A stretch of 64,000 nucleotides of DNA from assembly GCA_964618695.1 (NCBI GenBank), contig CAZUDX010000004.1:162736-226735 (forward strand), given 5' to 3'. The stretch is from an uncultured Candidatus Bathyarchaeia archaeon (GTDB lineage Archaea; Thermoproteota; Bathyarchaeia; Bathyarchaeales; Bathyarchaeaceae). Below, piece after piece: positions 1-9,893 of this stretch (positions are counted from its first letter, which is position 1; each line of letters starts with the position of its first letter). The notes beneath the pieces were generated by a model, which did not search any database, had not been told where the DNA came from, and saw nothing but the letters and a program-made list of their open reading frames with translations. Position numbers and translations under genes: made by a program.

Positions 1-331
1 CGAACAGGTGGTTAAGCAACTGAACAAGTTGATAGACGTCATCAAAGTGACCCGACTGGACCCAGACAACATTGTAACAAGGGAACTGGCACTCATCAAA
101 GTAAACGCGCTTAACACTAAGGCTCGATCAGACCTCATCAACTACGCTGAAATATTTAGGGCTCGTGTGGTCGATGTTTCTTCTGAGTCTTTGATGGTTG
201 AGATTACAGGAACATCAGATAAGATAGATGCGTTCATCGACATTATGAAACCTTTTGGAGTCAGAGAGGTGGCTAGAACTGGGATAACTGCCCTCTCCAG
301 AGGAGCAAAATCCGTTAGAGTGGAAGAATAA
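1..331 (+). CDS. ilvH: Acetolactate synthase small (regulatory) subunit, 5'-truncated by window edge
   Basis: [11 protein letters not shown]...RELALIKV...EITG...KIDAF...[10 protein letters not shown] motifs; directly upstream of ilvC. Confidence 0.93.
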   Translation, partial: EQVVKQLNKLIDVIKVTRLDPDNIVTRELALIKVNALNTKARSDLINYAEIFRARVVDVSSESLMVEITGTSDKIDAFIDIMKPFGVREVARTGITALSRGAKSVRVEE

Positions 332-385
332 AAAGAATTTATTATTAACTCCAATATACGTATTAGACCTGTGTAGTGAGTCATT

Positions 386-1438
386 ATGGTTGAATTAGAC
401 TTTGGCGGCGTAAAAGAAACTGTAACAACAAGGAATGAATTCCCTGTAGAAAAAGCAAGAAAAATTCTGAAGAACGAAACAATTGCCACCCTAGGATATG
501 GTATTCAAGGGCGGGCTCAATCCTTAAACATGAGAGATAATGGCATTAACGTCATCATAGGACAAAGCAAGAAGTTTCCCAAGAATTACCAATGGGCACT
601 CGACGATGGCTGGATTCCAGGAGAGAATCTATTTTCGCTGGAGGAAGCTGCACAAAGAGGAACAATCAAACTATATCTGCTGACTGATGCTGCCCAGAAA
701 CTATTATGGCCAACAATCAAACCAACCTTCAAAGAGGGTGACGCGTTATATTTCTCACATGGATTTTCGATAGTTTACCGAAAACTTACAGGCGTTGTTC
801 CTCCAGAAAACATTGATGTGATTTTGGTTGCGCCAAAAGGATCTGGAACTTCTGTGAGACGGAATTTTCTGGCAGGTAGTGGAATAAACAGCAGTTTCGC
901 GGTGCATCAAGACTTCACAGGTAACGCTGAAAACCGAGTGAAAGCCATTGGAATCGCTATTGGATCTGGTTACTTGTTCCCAACTACGTTTGAGAAGGAA
1001 GTATATAGTGACCTAACTGGAGAAAGGGGAGTTCTGATGGGGGCGCTTGCTGGAATAATGGAAGCCCAGTATAATTGTTTAAGGGAAAACGGTCATAGTC
1101 CCAGCGAAGCCTTCAATGAAACTGTAGAAGAGTTAACTCAGAGTTTAATCAGGTTAGTTGACCAGAACGGGATGGATTGGATGTACAACAATTGCAGCGA
1201 GACCGCGAGAATAGGAGCTCTCAGGTGGAAAGAACGTTTCAGGGATGCTGTGAAACCTCTGTTTGATTCTCTTTACGAATTGGTGGCTTCAGGCGAAGAA
1301 GTGAAGATTGTTCTTGAAAAGAGTGCAGAATCCGATTATGCAAAGAAATTAGCCAAAGAATTGGAAGCCATGGGCAATTCTGAGATGTGGAGAGCTGGCA
1401 AAACAGTGAGGTCATTAAGACCTAAAGAACAACCTTAA
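386..1438 (+). CDS. ilvC: Ketol-acid reductoisomerase
   Basis: GYGIQGRAQSLNMRD nucleotide-binding motif, FSHGF, VAPKGSG, EVYSDLTGER. Confidence 0.96.
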   Translation: MVELDFGGVKETVTTRNEFPVEKARKILKNETIATLGYGIQGRAQSLNMRDNGINVIIGQSKKFPKNYQWALDDGWIPGENLFSLEEAAQRGTIKLYLLTDAAQKLLWPTIKPTFKEGDALYFSHGFSIVYRKLTGVVPPENIDVILVAPKGSGTSVRRNFLAGSGINSSFAVHQDFTGNAENRVKAIGIAIGSGYLFPTTFEKEVYSDLTGERGVLMGALAGIMEAQYNCLRENGHSPSEAFNETVEELTQSLIRLVDQNGMDWMYNNCSETARIGALRWKERFRDAVKPLFDSLYELVASGEEVKIVLEKSAESDYAKKLAKELEAMGNSEMWRAGKTVRSLRPKEQP

Positions 1439-1570
1439 GAAAACTGAAAAACATAGTGTTGTTGGGCTGGCGTTTCTGTGTTCTGCTTGTGATATATCGG
1501 ATGTCGTAATATATCGATGAGTAGAGGATGTTATTTATAGAAAAATGCCAATCCGTTTCTAGAGGTAAAA

Positions 1571-1840
1571 ATGCAATCCATAACACTTCCAAACTTTCCG
1601 CGGTTGCAGGGCAAAGAAGCCATAGAAGCCCTCAATAACTTCATACAAGAAGTTGAAGAAAAAAGAAACAAAGAATTGACAAAAAAGCAAACCAAGGTTT
1701 TGAAAAAGTTCGCTAAAGGATTAATAGCTTCTATAGAGGCAGAACAGAACAGCGAGTCGCAGAAGAAAGAATTGGGATTTGTTGGAAAGCTCAAGGCGTC
1801 AATTAAGCAACGCTCTCAAAACGCAGGTCGAGCCTCTTAA
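1571..1840 (+). CDS. Hypothetical protein (helical, charged)
   Basis: 89-aa ORF with GAGGT SD before ATG; no recognised motif. Confidence 0.6.
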   Translation: MQSITLPNFPRLQGKEAIEALNNFIQEVEEKRNKELTKKQTKVLKKFAKGLIASIEAEQNSESQKKELGFVGKLKASIKQRSQNAGRAS

Positions 1841-1864
1841 ACTTGGATTTTGGAAGGTGATATT

Positions 1865-2101
1865 ATGAGGAGTTCTTTTGAGATAATCGCTGAAATTTTA
1901 AAGACTGCGAAGGACGGCGCAAAAAAGACGCGGATTATGTATTCGTGTGGGCTCAGCTACAGGTTTATTCAGAAATATTTGAATCTCTTGACAGAAACGG
2001 GTCTTATTAAAACAGGAAATTGCTATCGCACAACCGATAAGGGCATGGGATTTCTGCGAAACTATCAAACTTTAGACTTGTTGATGAGCACAAGATGTTG
2101 A
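1865..2101 (+). CDS. Winged-helix DNA-binding protein (archaeal HTH_45-like)
   Basis: RSSFEIIAEIL...GAKKTRIMYSCGLSY...YL..L...GLI...YRTTDKG pattern; GGTGA SD before ATG 1865. Confidence 0.85.
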   Translation: MRSSFEIIAEILKTAKDGAKKTRIMYSCGLSYRFIQKYLNLLTETGLIKTGNCYRTTDKGMGFLRNYQTLDLLMSTRC

Positions 2102-2193
2102 CTGCACAAGCAGTGTCTTTTGTCATAAACCAACAATTTTTGACCTAAGATTCCCTTATTTCCGGGAAAAAGTTTTATGTTTTCCCGTAGAAA

Positions 2194-2376
2194 TTGGGCA
2201 GTATGAGAAATCACATATTTACGGATGAAGAGCGCCGCATCTTGGAAGCCTATCTCATCAATACAAATGTTGACAAAACCGCCCTATCCAAACTCCTCAA
2301 TCGAATCAAAACCAAAAAGGCTCTGTTCGAAGACGTTTTCCTCTACCTTCAAGTTAGGAAGACGATTACTGAATAG
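2194..2376 (+). CDS. Small hypothetical protein
   Basis: MRNHIFTDEERRILEAYL; TATA-like box flanked by an inverted repeat upstream. Confidence 0.5.
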   Translation: MGSMRNHIFTDEERRILEAYLINTNVDKTALSKLLNRIKTKKALFEDVFLYLQVRKTITE

Positions 2377-2470
2377 AAAAAGACTGTTTTTCAACAATCT
2401 TCTGTTATTAGACTACAAATATGAATGTTATTTGGCCTTTTTTGGATGTAAATCAGGTTTCGTGTGTTAT

Positions 2471-2632
2471 TTAGCGGACGACTTCTCGTTTCTTCCATCG
2501 CAGATTTTTGCTTCTGCATTTTCTGCACTTGGTTGCGCTGGAGGCGTTTCTTGCTCCACATTCTCGGCAGATTTTCATGTAGAGCCTGTGTTTCTGGGCA
2601 AGGGTTTTCTTGAAGGGATCCATTATAGGCAA
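2471..2632 (-). CDS. rpl40e: 50S ribosomal protein L40e (missed by the ORF track)
   Basis: Manual translation from TTG: MPIMDPFKKTLAQKHRLYMKICRECGARNASSATKCRKCRSKNLRWKKREVVR*; CxxC...CRKC zinc ribbon and LRxKK end. Confidence 0.95.
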   Translation of the reverse strand: MPIMDPFKKTLAQKHRLYMKICRECGARNASSATKCRKCRSKNLRWKKREVVR

Positions 2633-2880
2633 CTTGATGTTCTCCGTTAGTTGAGCTTAGTTACGATTCAAATCACCCCTTACCTAAATATGTTTTCCTT
2701 TCCCTCAGTCTTTCATGATTAACTGTCAGCTTTTGACAGAATTATTGCTTGAGTGTTTTTTGTGGCATAAAATTTTCGTAATCATATGAGATAATGGTTT
2801 TGAAGATTTACCGTAATGTATTTATTGGACTACCAAACAGCTTAGAAAGCTTACGAAGGAAAAAAACGAGGAGTGAGGCG

Positions 2881-3165
2881 GTGAAATTGGCAGAAAATAA
2901 TTCTGTGTTGATCGGAAGAAAGCCAGTAATGAATTACGTGCTGGCATGCATATCTCTCTTCCACGGCGGAGCAAGCGAAATATTGGTGAAGGCTAGAGGC
3001 AGAGCAATCAGCAGAGCAGTCGACGTTGCGGAAGTAACCAGACGTCGATTTATGCCAGACCTGAAAGTCAAAAAAATTGGAATAGGCACAGATCAATTGT
3101 CTCCCACGGAAGGCCGTGACGCACCATCGAACGTCAGCACCATCGAAATAACTTTAGCGAAGTAA
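2881..3165 (+). CDS. albA: DNA/RNA-binding chromatin protein Alba
   Basis: [12 protein letters not shown]...[16 protein letters not shown]...NVSTIEI; start trimmed to GTG 2881. Confidence 0.95.
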   Translation: MKLAENNSVLIGRKPVMNYVLACISLFHGGASEILVKARGRAISRAVDVAEVTRRRFMPDLKVKKIGIGTDQLSPTEGRDAPSNVSTIEITLAK

Positions 3166-3232
3166 ACTAAAACATACAACTTTAAAAGGCTCCGCCGCCC
3201 CCTCCTTTATTTCAGGGAGGCCATAAAACGGA

Positions 3233-3739
3233 GTGAAAACAGCACTATGCAATTTCTGCTTGAAAAGCGGAATATTATGTTCAAAGTGTCAAGGAAAACT
3301 CAAGTCGGGAAAGGTCAGTGAAGTAGACTTCAAAATCGCCCGCTTACTCTTATCTCTGGAAGAACAATATCCTTCCCTTCAAGAAGTACATTTTCACAAG
3401 GCTGTAGAAGCAGACAGGATTCTCGCCATCTTGGTAAATAAGGGTGATGTGCCACGTCTTCTAAGTCATGGAGGAAAAATTGTCAGGGCTCTAGGCGAAA
3501 AGACGGGAAAAACTATTCGTGTTCTGGAACATGGAGTGACTGAGAGAAAGTTTTTGGAAGACCTGTTTGTGCCCTTGAGCATTCTGACAATAAACAAGAT
3601 TTGGTTGCCTGACGGAACCACCGAGACGAGAGTCATCTTGAAACGCGGAGGACGAAAAAGGCTTCCCTTAAATGTAAAATCTTCGAGGGAAATTGCCCAA
3701 GAACTTCGGGGAATGACCCTCAGAGTAGAATTCGCTTGA
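3233..3739 (+). CDS. NusA-like KH-domain protein with N-terminal zinc finger
   Basis: CNFCLKSGILCSKC; GGKIVRAL..K.GK.IRVLE; INKIWLPDGT; commonly found next to aspS in archaea. Confidence 0.8.
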   Translation: MKTALCNFCLKSGILCSKCQGKLKSGKVSEVDFKIARLLLSLEEQYPSLQEVHFHKAVEADRILAILVNKGDVPRLLSHGGKIVRALGEKTGKTIRVLEHGVTERKFLEDLFVPLSILTINKIWLPDGTTETRVILKRGGRKRLPLNVKSSREIAQELRGMTLRVEFA

Positions 3740-3756
3740 TTGTAGTTGGGGCTCCA

Positions 3757-5076
3757 ATGAAAACTGATAAAATGGGAGACTGGCGCAGAACCCATTATTC
3801 AGTTGACATAGGAGCGAACTTGGACGGGCAAGAAGTTACTGTTTTTGGCTGGGTTCAAGAGATTCGGGACTTGGGCGGATTGCGTTTTCTAATATTACAA
3901 GACAAAGATGGTAAAGTGCAGGTCACCATTCACCGAGACAAAGTTGACAGTAAAGTGGTGGCGAAGGCTGAATCGTTGCAGAGGCAATACAGCATCGGAG
4001 TTAAAGGGATAGTCAAGAAGATGGCGAAGGCTCCCGGAGGAGCTGAAATAATTCCCAGCGAAATGAGGATTTTTGGAGTGGCGAAGCAGCTTCTGCCTCT
4101 GGATATAACGGGCAGAACCCGAGCGGATATTGATGTGCGCCTTGACGCCCGTGTATTGGATTTGCGGCGAGAGAAAAATCAAGCTATCTTCAGGGTTCAA
4201 CATGCAGCTCTCGAAGCCGCCAGAACTTTCTTGTCAAAACAGGGCTTCATGGAAGTTTTCACACCAAGAATAATCGTTTCCGCAACTGAAGGAGGATCAG
4301 CCCTGTTTCCCGTGGCATACTTTAAACGAGAGGCATTTCTGGCTCAAAGCCCCCAGCTGTATAAAGAACAGTTGATTTTGGATTTTGAGAAAGTTTTCGA
4401 GATCGGACCCTTTTTCAGAGCCGAAGAATCTCACACCCGCCGTCACCTAAGCGAATTCATCTCCCTTGACATCGAGCAAGCTTTTGCCACGGCTGAAGAC
4501 GTCATGAAAGTTCTTGAAGAACTTATTCACAACGTGTGCAAAGATGTGGCAGAAAACTGTGAACGGGAACTGAAGCTTCTCAAGCACAGAATTGAGGTGC
4601 CGAAGACACCCTTCAAACGTTTCACTTATGATCAGGTTTTAGAGGAGTTGGAGGAGGAAAAAATTCACATTTCGTGGGGAGAGGACATTCCCACTCCAGC
4701 CTTCCGAACCCTCGGAAAGCTTCATCCATACTACTATTTCTTGACGGACTGGCCTACTGAAGCTAAGGCTTTTTACATTAAACCGCGGGACGACAAACCG
4801 GAACTTAGCGAAGGCTTTGATCTGATGTGGCATTGGGTCGAACTTTCTTCTGGAGGCACCCGTATCCACTCCAAAGACCTTCTTGTGAAGAGGTTGGGTG
4901 AACAGGGGCTCAGTCCTGAGTCTTTCAAGTTTCATCTGCAAGCCTTCGATTATGGTATGCCTCCCCACGCTGGATGGGGTTTAGGCTTGGCGAGACTGGT
5001 TATGGCACTCACTGGCATACGAAACATAAGAGAAGTCGTGCTCTTTCCAAGAGACCGCTTCAGACTCACACCCTAA
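3757..5076 (+). CDS. aspS: Aspartyl-tRNA synthetase, archaeal type, probably non-discriminating
   Basis: OB-fold GWVQEIRDLGG, motif 2 FRAEESHTRRHLSEF, motif 3 GMPPHAGWGLGLARL; Q and KAPGG in the anticodon domain suggest the non-discriminating type. Confidence 0.95.
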   Translation: MKTDKMGDWRRTHYSVDIGANLDGQEVTVFGWVQEIRDLGGLRFLILQDKDGKVQVTIHRDKVDSKVVAKAESLQRQYSIGVKGIVKKMAKAPGGAEIIPSEMRIFGVAKQLLPLDITGRTRADIDVRLDARVLDLRREKNQAIFRVQHAALEAARTFLSKQGFMEVFTPRIIVSATEGGSALFPVAYFKREAFLAQSPQLYKEQLILDFEKVFEIGPFFRAEESHTRRHLSEFISLDIEQAFATAEDVMKVLEELIHNVCKDVAENCERELKLLKHRIEVPKTPFKRFTYDQVLEELEEEKIHISWGEDIPTPAFRTLGKLHPYYYFLTDWPTEAKAFYIKPRDDKPELSEGFDLMWHWVELSSGGTRIHSKDLLVKRLGEQGLSPESFKFHLQAFDYGMPPHAGWGLGLARLVMALTGIRNIREVVLFPRDRFRLTP

Positions 5077-5081
5077 CCAAA

Positions 5082-6443
5082 CTAATATCCAGCTTCTATC
5101 AGGTTTTGGGGCTTCATGAATTCGCGCAGAAGAACGGTTGCGTAGGATCCCCGATTTAGGGTGAAACCAAGTTTCATCATCCGATTGCCCACGTTCAAGT
5201 CTTCGGATATCTCTTCCATAACCAGATTCCAGACAGGATTCAACATTGCGCGTACCCTGCCTTCTGCAGTTGCTTCAGGCATGAAAGAAAGCTGGAAGCT
5301 TTGAGGCTTCACCTTTTCGTTTTCAAGAATCTCCTGTTCTATCTCTCCTTGGAGCCCCTGAGACGGAGCTTGCTTAGTGCCCACAAGTGGAATAGCCACG
5401 CACATCTTTCCCTTTTTTACAGCATCTTCTATTGTCTGAAAATTCGTTGCAGTCGCCTGATCATATTCTTCTGTGGGAAGCCCATGTTCATCAAGCCTTA
5501 TCGTGTAGTCGCCAATCTGTGGTTCATTTAAGGGTATGCCTCTTCGGATTCGTTCACTGAGAAACCTGTTGAAAAGATAGGATTGGTAGGCTTGCACGAA
5601 GAGTTTACGTAGTCGCCGAGGCAACTCCCTGAATGCGCCCACAAAATCATTCGGATACTTTGCTAGGTGACCAAGCATGAAACGTTCATACCTCAGAAAT
5701 CTTGGAAAAAGTTTGAGAGCCTCCTGAAAATCCATAGTGTCTTCCAGTTGTTGTCTAGCTTCTCTAGCTTCAGGATGCTCGTGGTCAGTAGGTTTTGCTA
5801 GGAAGGCTAGAGCTGCCTTCTCAGGTTTCCCCATTGTTAGATATTTGCCTACTTTGTGGGTGTTGGGTCTAATGGTTCCAAAACGTTGATGTCCAAAAAA
5901 GTTCGGAACTCCTCCCATAGTCACTATTTCGGCTTGGATGCTTTTGACTCGCTCTTCAACAACTGAAAGGGGGTGATCTATTCCTCTTATTGTGATGTGG
6001 AACCTGTTTCCTTTAATGAGCTGAGAATACATTCTTTCTCTGGAAAACCGTTGAGGATAAACGGTTATGTCTTTGATTTTAACTTCAGAAACCCTGTCTG
6101 GCGACACGTTTTGAAGGCTTATATGCTGGGCAGTAAGGGCTTTTGTGTCCTTGATGCCCGCAAATCTAATTCGCTTCTGACTTATCCTCAGCTTTTCAGC
6201 GACCTTTCTCACCGCCAGAAAGGTGTCCCATCTCCGCTTAACCAAGACACAAATAAGATAACGTCCCTCCCCAACAGGCTCCCAACTCTCAACCGAAGGT
6301 GAAACTTCAGCAAGTGAGCCGTCAACCAAAAGTTCCTCAACTACAAAATCGTCTAATAATTGACGGATTTTTCCTCCGATGCCCGGAGATTGTGTAGCAT
6401 AAATTTCGATTCCAATTTCCTTCTCGATTGGTGGAATCTGCAC
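5082..6443 (-). CDS. truD: tRNA pseudouridine(13) synthase
   Basis: DDFVVEE, FAGIKDTKALTAQ, GNRFHI, PNFFGHQRFG, GSYATVLLRE. Confidence 0.96.
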   Translation of the reverse strand: MQIPPIEKEIGIEIYATQSPGIGGKIRQLLDDFVVEELLVDGSLAEVSPSVESWEPVGEGRYLICVLVKRRWDTFLAVRKVAEKLRISQKRIRFAGIKDTKALTAQHISLQNVSPDRVSEVKIKDITVYPQRFSRERMYSQLIKGNRFHITIRGIDHPLSVVEERVKSIQAEIVTMGGVPNFFGHQRFGTIRPNTHKVGKYLTMGKPEKAALAFLAKPTDHEHPEAREARQQLEDTMDFQEALKLFPRFLRYERFMLGHLAKYPNDFVGAFRELPRRLRKLFVQAYQSYLFNRFLSERIRRGIPLNEPQIGDYTIRLDEHGLPTEEYDQATATNFQTIEDAVKKGKMCVAIPLVGTKQAPSQGLQGEIEQEILENEKVKPQSFQLSFMPEATAEGRVRAMLNPVWNLVMEEISEDLNVGNRMMKLGFTLNRGSYATVLLREFMKPQNLIEAGY

Positions 6444-6453
6444 AGAATCAGCC

Positions 6454-6840
6454 TCAGAGAAGAGGTAGGTTTCCCGTTATGACGTCCACTTTGTTGGAGG
6501 GCGCTGGACCTATCCCCAAACAAGTTGTGGTTTCTGGCGGTAGCTCGGTTAAGCCTCTGTCAACAATCAAGGCTACAGGTAATCCTTCATTTCTTGCTTT
6601 TCTTTCAATTTCCAGAAGCTCCTGCTCGCTAGCTACCTTTACTGCGATTTTGCACTGTCCCTCCCTAATCCATGGATTCCACCATTCAGGACGATTCTTT
6701 CGTGCATACTCAGCAGCGGAAACTGCAGCATGCCCAGCCTGAGCAGCCATCTTCCCTTTACTCATCTTAATGTCAGTTCTCAAAACAATAACCTGCTTAT
6801 ACTCAAAATCCGATGAATCAACAGATATTTTTCCAGTCAT
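6454..6840 (-). CDS. pth2: Peptidyl-tRNA hydrolase Pth2
   Basis: KQVIVLRTDIKMSKGKMAAQAGHAA...DRGLTE...TCLGIGP. Confidence 0.96.
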   Translation of the reverse strand: MTGKISVDSSDFEYKQVIVLRTDIKMSKGKMAAQAGHAAVSAAEYARKNRPEWWNPWIREGQCKIAVKVASEQELLEIERKARNEGLPVALIVDRGLTELPPETTTCLGIGPAPSNKVDVITGNLPLL

Positions 6841-6904
6841 TCCCGTAGCCTCAACAGTATCTATTGTGTACCTTTACCTCTAAAACGCTTTCATACAAGC
6901 CTGA

Positions 6905-8125
6905 TTAATTCTTTCCGGACGAAGTCAACCACGAAAACGTGAAGTAAAACAATACTGCCAGTGTCCCCGGATACCTTAACATGGGAATAAGGGATCTGCC
7001 CTGAAAGTCGAGGTCAGCAACCTCGTCAAGAACCTTGTCAACCCCCAATTTACTTGCTAAATTGATTAATCCGTCTGTTCTGGCGTCAGATAGATTGTTG
7101 AGCATTCTCCTTAATCTAAGCATAGCATCTAAGTCAAAACCAACCAATTTTTTCCAGCGAGACTGATAACGGGAAAGAAAGGTTTCCGAATAATCCTTAT
7201 TCTTCACAGCTTCATACGCAACTTCCCCCGCTACTCTAGAACACGTTAAACCAAAGACTACGCCTCCCCCAGTTGTTGGTTTCACTTGAGAAGCCGCGTC
7301 TCCCACAACAAGAAAGCCGTTAGAATACGTTTTGGGTACTGGACCTCCCAATGGTATAGGATGTAACGAAAGGCTGGTGACTCTGGTTTTCTTCAGTTTC
7401 TCAGAAGCCACAGGATGTTTCTCCATGAACTTCTGCAGATACTTTCGTGGATCACCAATCATTGTGGCTAAACCAACCTTTGCTTTGGCATCTTTTGTGG
7501 GAATTATCCAAGCGAAAAAGCCGGGGGCAACTTTTCTTCCAAGATACATCTCAACCATGTCTTTGGTTACCCCTTCCACCCCATCAACTTCCGCTTGGAT
7601 TCCCCTCACAACCATAGAGTTCTTCAATCCTTTGAGACCCGTCTTCTTCAGAAGCGCTGATGAACAGCCTTCAGCGTCTATAACAACGTTCGCCTCCACG
7701 CTCTCTCCGCTTCTTTCGAGGGCAACTCCCTTGACAATACCTGAATCTGTGAGTAGTGACTTTACCTTCGACTTCATCAGGTATTGGGCTCCAGCTTTCG
7801 TGGCTAGGTCGGCGAGGTGTTTGTCGAAGAGTTCTCTGTTGACAACGTAAGTTACGGGCGCTCGGCATCTCAATGTGAACTTTTTGCCTGAGGGAGAGTG
7901 GAAGACGGCTCCTCTGACTTCGTTTTCGATTGCGGTTTGGGGTATTTTTAGTCCTAATCGTCTTAAACTGGTGATGTTTAGGTGGCCTGAGCAGTGTTTA
8001 GGAGCGCCTATTGTGTCGTGTTCTTCGCAGACTACTACTTTGGCTCCTAGTTTGGCGGCTGTGTATGCTGAGTATGAGCCGCAGGGTCCTCCTCCGACTA
8101 CGACGATGTCAGGTTTTTCTTTCAC
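6905..8125 (-). CDS. Geranylgeranyl reductase family FAD oxidoreductase
   Basis: VVVGGGPCG, R..FD..L, FAWIIP, VGDAASQVKPTTGGG. Confidence 0.9.
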   Translation of the reverse strand: MKEKPDIVVVGGGPCGSYSAYTAAKLGAKVVVCEEHDTIGAPKHCSGHLNITSLRRLGLKIPQTAIENEVRGAVFHSPSGKKFTLRCRAPVTYVVNRELFDKHLADLATKAGAQYLMKSKVKSLLTDSGIVKGVALERSGESVEANVVIDAEGCSSALLKKTGLKGLKNSMVVRGIQAEVDGVEGVTKDMVEMYLGRKVAPGFFAWIIPTKDAKAKVGLATMIGDPRKYLQKFMEKHPVASEKLKKTRVTSLSLHPIPLGGPVPKTYSNGFLVVGDAASQVKPTTGGGVVFGLTCSRVAGEVAYEAVKNKDYSETFLSRYQSRWKKLVGFDLDAMLRLRRMLNNLSDARTDGLINLASKLGVDKVLDEVADLDFQGRSLIPMLRYPGTLAVLFYFTFSWLTSSGKN

Positions 8126-8243
8126 TTCTCTTCCCTTTTTTTTGGTTCAATCCGTGATTTTGTTTATTGGTTCTGGAGAAGAATTAAAAGATAGCATATA
8201 TAAGAGGGCAGTGGTTATATCCCACTTTCTTTGAGGTGTTGCT

Positions 8244-8429
8244 GTGAGCGAGAGAATGAGCGTCGTTATGCCCAAGTGCATGTCATGCAACCGAACTATT
8301 CCTCCGGGAGAAGAGGCAACAAAATCGAATTGCCCCAACTGCGGAGAAATACTTATCTGGCGTTGCGCAAAATGCCGAAAGTTCGGACGAACCTACCGCT
8401 GCCCAAAATGCGGATTTACGGGACCGTAG
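8244..8429 (+). CDS. Small double zinc-ribbon protein (DUF1610/HVO_2753-like); integration target of the island
   Basis: CMSC...CPNCGE..IWRCAKCRK.G..YRCPKCGFTGP. Confidence 0.92.
   Translation: MSERMSVVMPKCMSCNRTIPPGEEATKSNCPNCGEILIWRCAKCRKFGRTYRCPKCGFTGP
8406..8429 (+). repeat. attL-like direct repeat (3' end of zinc-finger gene)
   Basis: AAATGCGGATTTACGGGACCGTAG; 21/24 identical to 14452-14475. Confidence 0.85.
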
Positions 8430-8475
8430 GGGATATTTACCAGACCTTTTTTATTTGTCTCCAAATATGCCCCAA

Positions 8476-8703
8476 TCATTTGCGTTTTCTAAAGAGCATT
8501 ACGTCTTGTGGCGTTGTGCAGATGTATTCAAATCCAGCTTCTAAAACTTGACTGGCTTCTTTCGTTGTTTTTGCTGTCGCTGAATTATATTCATCGCTTT
8601 CGAAGGTTACTAGTTGAGTGTAGATTAAGGTTGTTTTGATATCTCGGTGACCAAGCATCTCTATGATGTGTAGAATGTCTTTGGTTTTGTGAGAAATACC
8701 CAA
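8476..8703 (-). pseudogene. Tyrosine recombinase/integrase C-terminal remnant
   Basis: HKTKDILHIIEMLGHRDIKTTLIYTQL contains the LGH...T..Y box; the N-terminal portion is missing and the remnant abuts the PadR stop. Confidence 0.85.
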
Positions 8704-8707
8704 TCTT

Positions 8708-9091
8708 TTAAAGACTGTGTTTTTGGATGAAGAGCTCTGCTATCCAGTCTAGAATTTTTGGTTTTGCTCCTAAGATTGTTTCGATCTTATTCTCACCTTT
8801 ATCGGTCAATAAGTACACTCTTTTTCTTTTTTTAAATTGGTGTTCTAGTAGCCCATCCCTTTCCAAAAAATAAAGAGTAGAATAGATTGTGCCCGAACTT
8901 ATCTGGATGCCAAATTTCTCTCGAATAAATGAAATAACATCATAACCCCCCATTGGTGCACTTCCATCTTTTAACTTGGCTAAAACAATGATGTCAAAAA
9001 AGTTCTTCACAATTCTTTCACGCATTTCTTTTAAAACTCTCTTCTTCACAATTTTTCCTTCCGGGTTTTTGTTAGGTTTATATCTTCTCAA
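8708..9091 (-). CDS. PadR family transcriptional regulator
   Basis: MGGYDVI......ISSGTIYSTLYFLERDGLL...KRVYLLTDKG. Confidence 0.9.
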   Translation of the reverse strand: MRRYKPNKNPEGKIVKKRVLKEMRERIVKNFFDIIVLAKLKDGSAPMGGYDVISFIREKFGIQISSGTIYSTLYFLERDGLLEHQFKKRKRVYLLTDKGENKIETILGAKPKILDWIAELFIQKHSL

Positions 9092-9893
9092 GTTTCTTCG
9101 TCACTTCCTGCAAGTCTTTTAAGAAGGGATGACTTGGATTTTCAAACACGAGAAAGGATTCCCTCTTTGCTTCAAGCACGTCACAATAGCAGGGAATTAC
9201 TCCAATTATAGAACGTCTAAAGGCTTTCTCCATTTTGATTAATTCACTCCGTTCAATCTCCGACCACATTCGCGTCTCTGGAAAGACCTTATTCAACAAA
9301 ATCACGCTCTTTTTTTCAAATTCATCATAAAACTCTACGAGCATATTTCTCACACCTTCTACGTCTACTGAATCCAAAGTTGTCACAATAACCGTCATGT
9401 CAGAGCTAACTACACCATTAATGGATGAGTATTGGATACCTGGGCTAGTGTCAATAATACAGCAATCCATGTCCATCACATCAAAAATTGAAGTTCGCAA
9501 CGAGAAGAGTTTCTTGGCGGCAGCTACCTCCCAAGCTCTACTCCTTCCCATCATATTGCGGATTGCTCCGATAGCGGGATTTGCCAAGCCTAAAAGAAGT
9601 TTTCCATCTAACTCGTATTCTTCTGAGACATCAATTAAAACCTGCCCAATCCCACATTGTCCAAGCATGAAATCATTAAGCCAAAATTCTACAGGCTTTT
9701 GGATTCCCTTTGAAAACACATTATATAGACTCGGAGCACGAAAATCAAGATCCAAAAGTGCAATACTAAATCCTTTACGTGCATAAGTTACCGCTAAATT
9801 CGTTGCTATTGTGGTTTTTCCCGTCCCGCCTCGGGAAGAATGTATAGCGATAATCTTATTTTTTATTCTTATATCCCCCAAGCCATCATTCAA
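9078..9893 (-). CDS. MinD/ParA family ATPase
   Basis: Deviant Walker A SSRGGTGKTT (R in place of signature K), LLDLD, IIDTSPG, LNKV. Confidence 0.9.
   Translation of the reverse strand: MNDGLGDIRIKNKIIAIHSSRGGTGKTTIATNLAVTYARKGFSIALLDLDFRAPSLYNVFSKGIQKPVEFWLNDFMLGQCGIGQVLIDVSEEYELDGKLLLGLANPAIGAIRNMMGRSRAWEVAAAKKLFSLRTSIFDVMDMDCCIIDTSPGIQYSSINGVVSSDMTVIVTTLDSVDVEGVRNMLVEFYDEFEKKSVILLNKVFPETRMWSEIERSELIKMEKAFRRSIIGVIPCYCDVLEAKRESFLVFENPSHPFLKDLQEVTKKLEKI

Noticed and set aside
2225-2650. 141-aa plus-strand ORF in the track
   Set aside because: Antisense shadow of rpl40e (2471-2632, minus strand).
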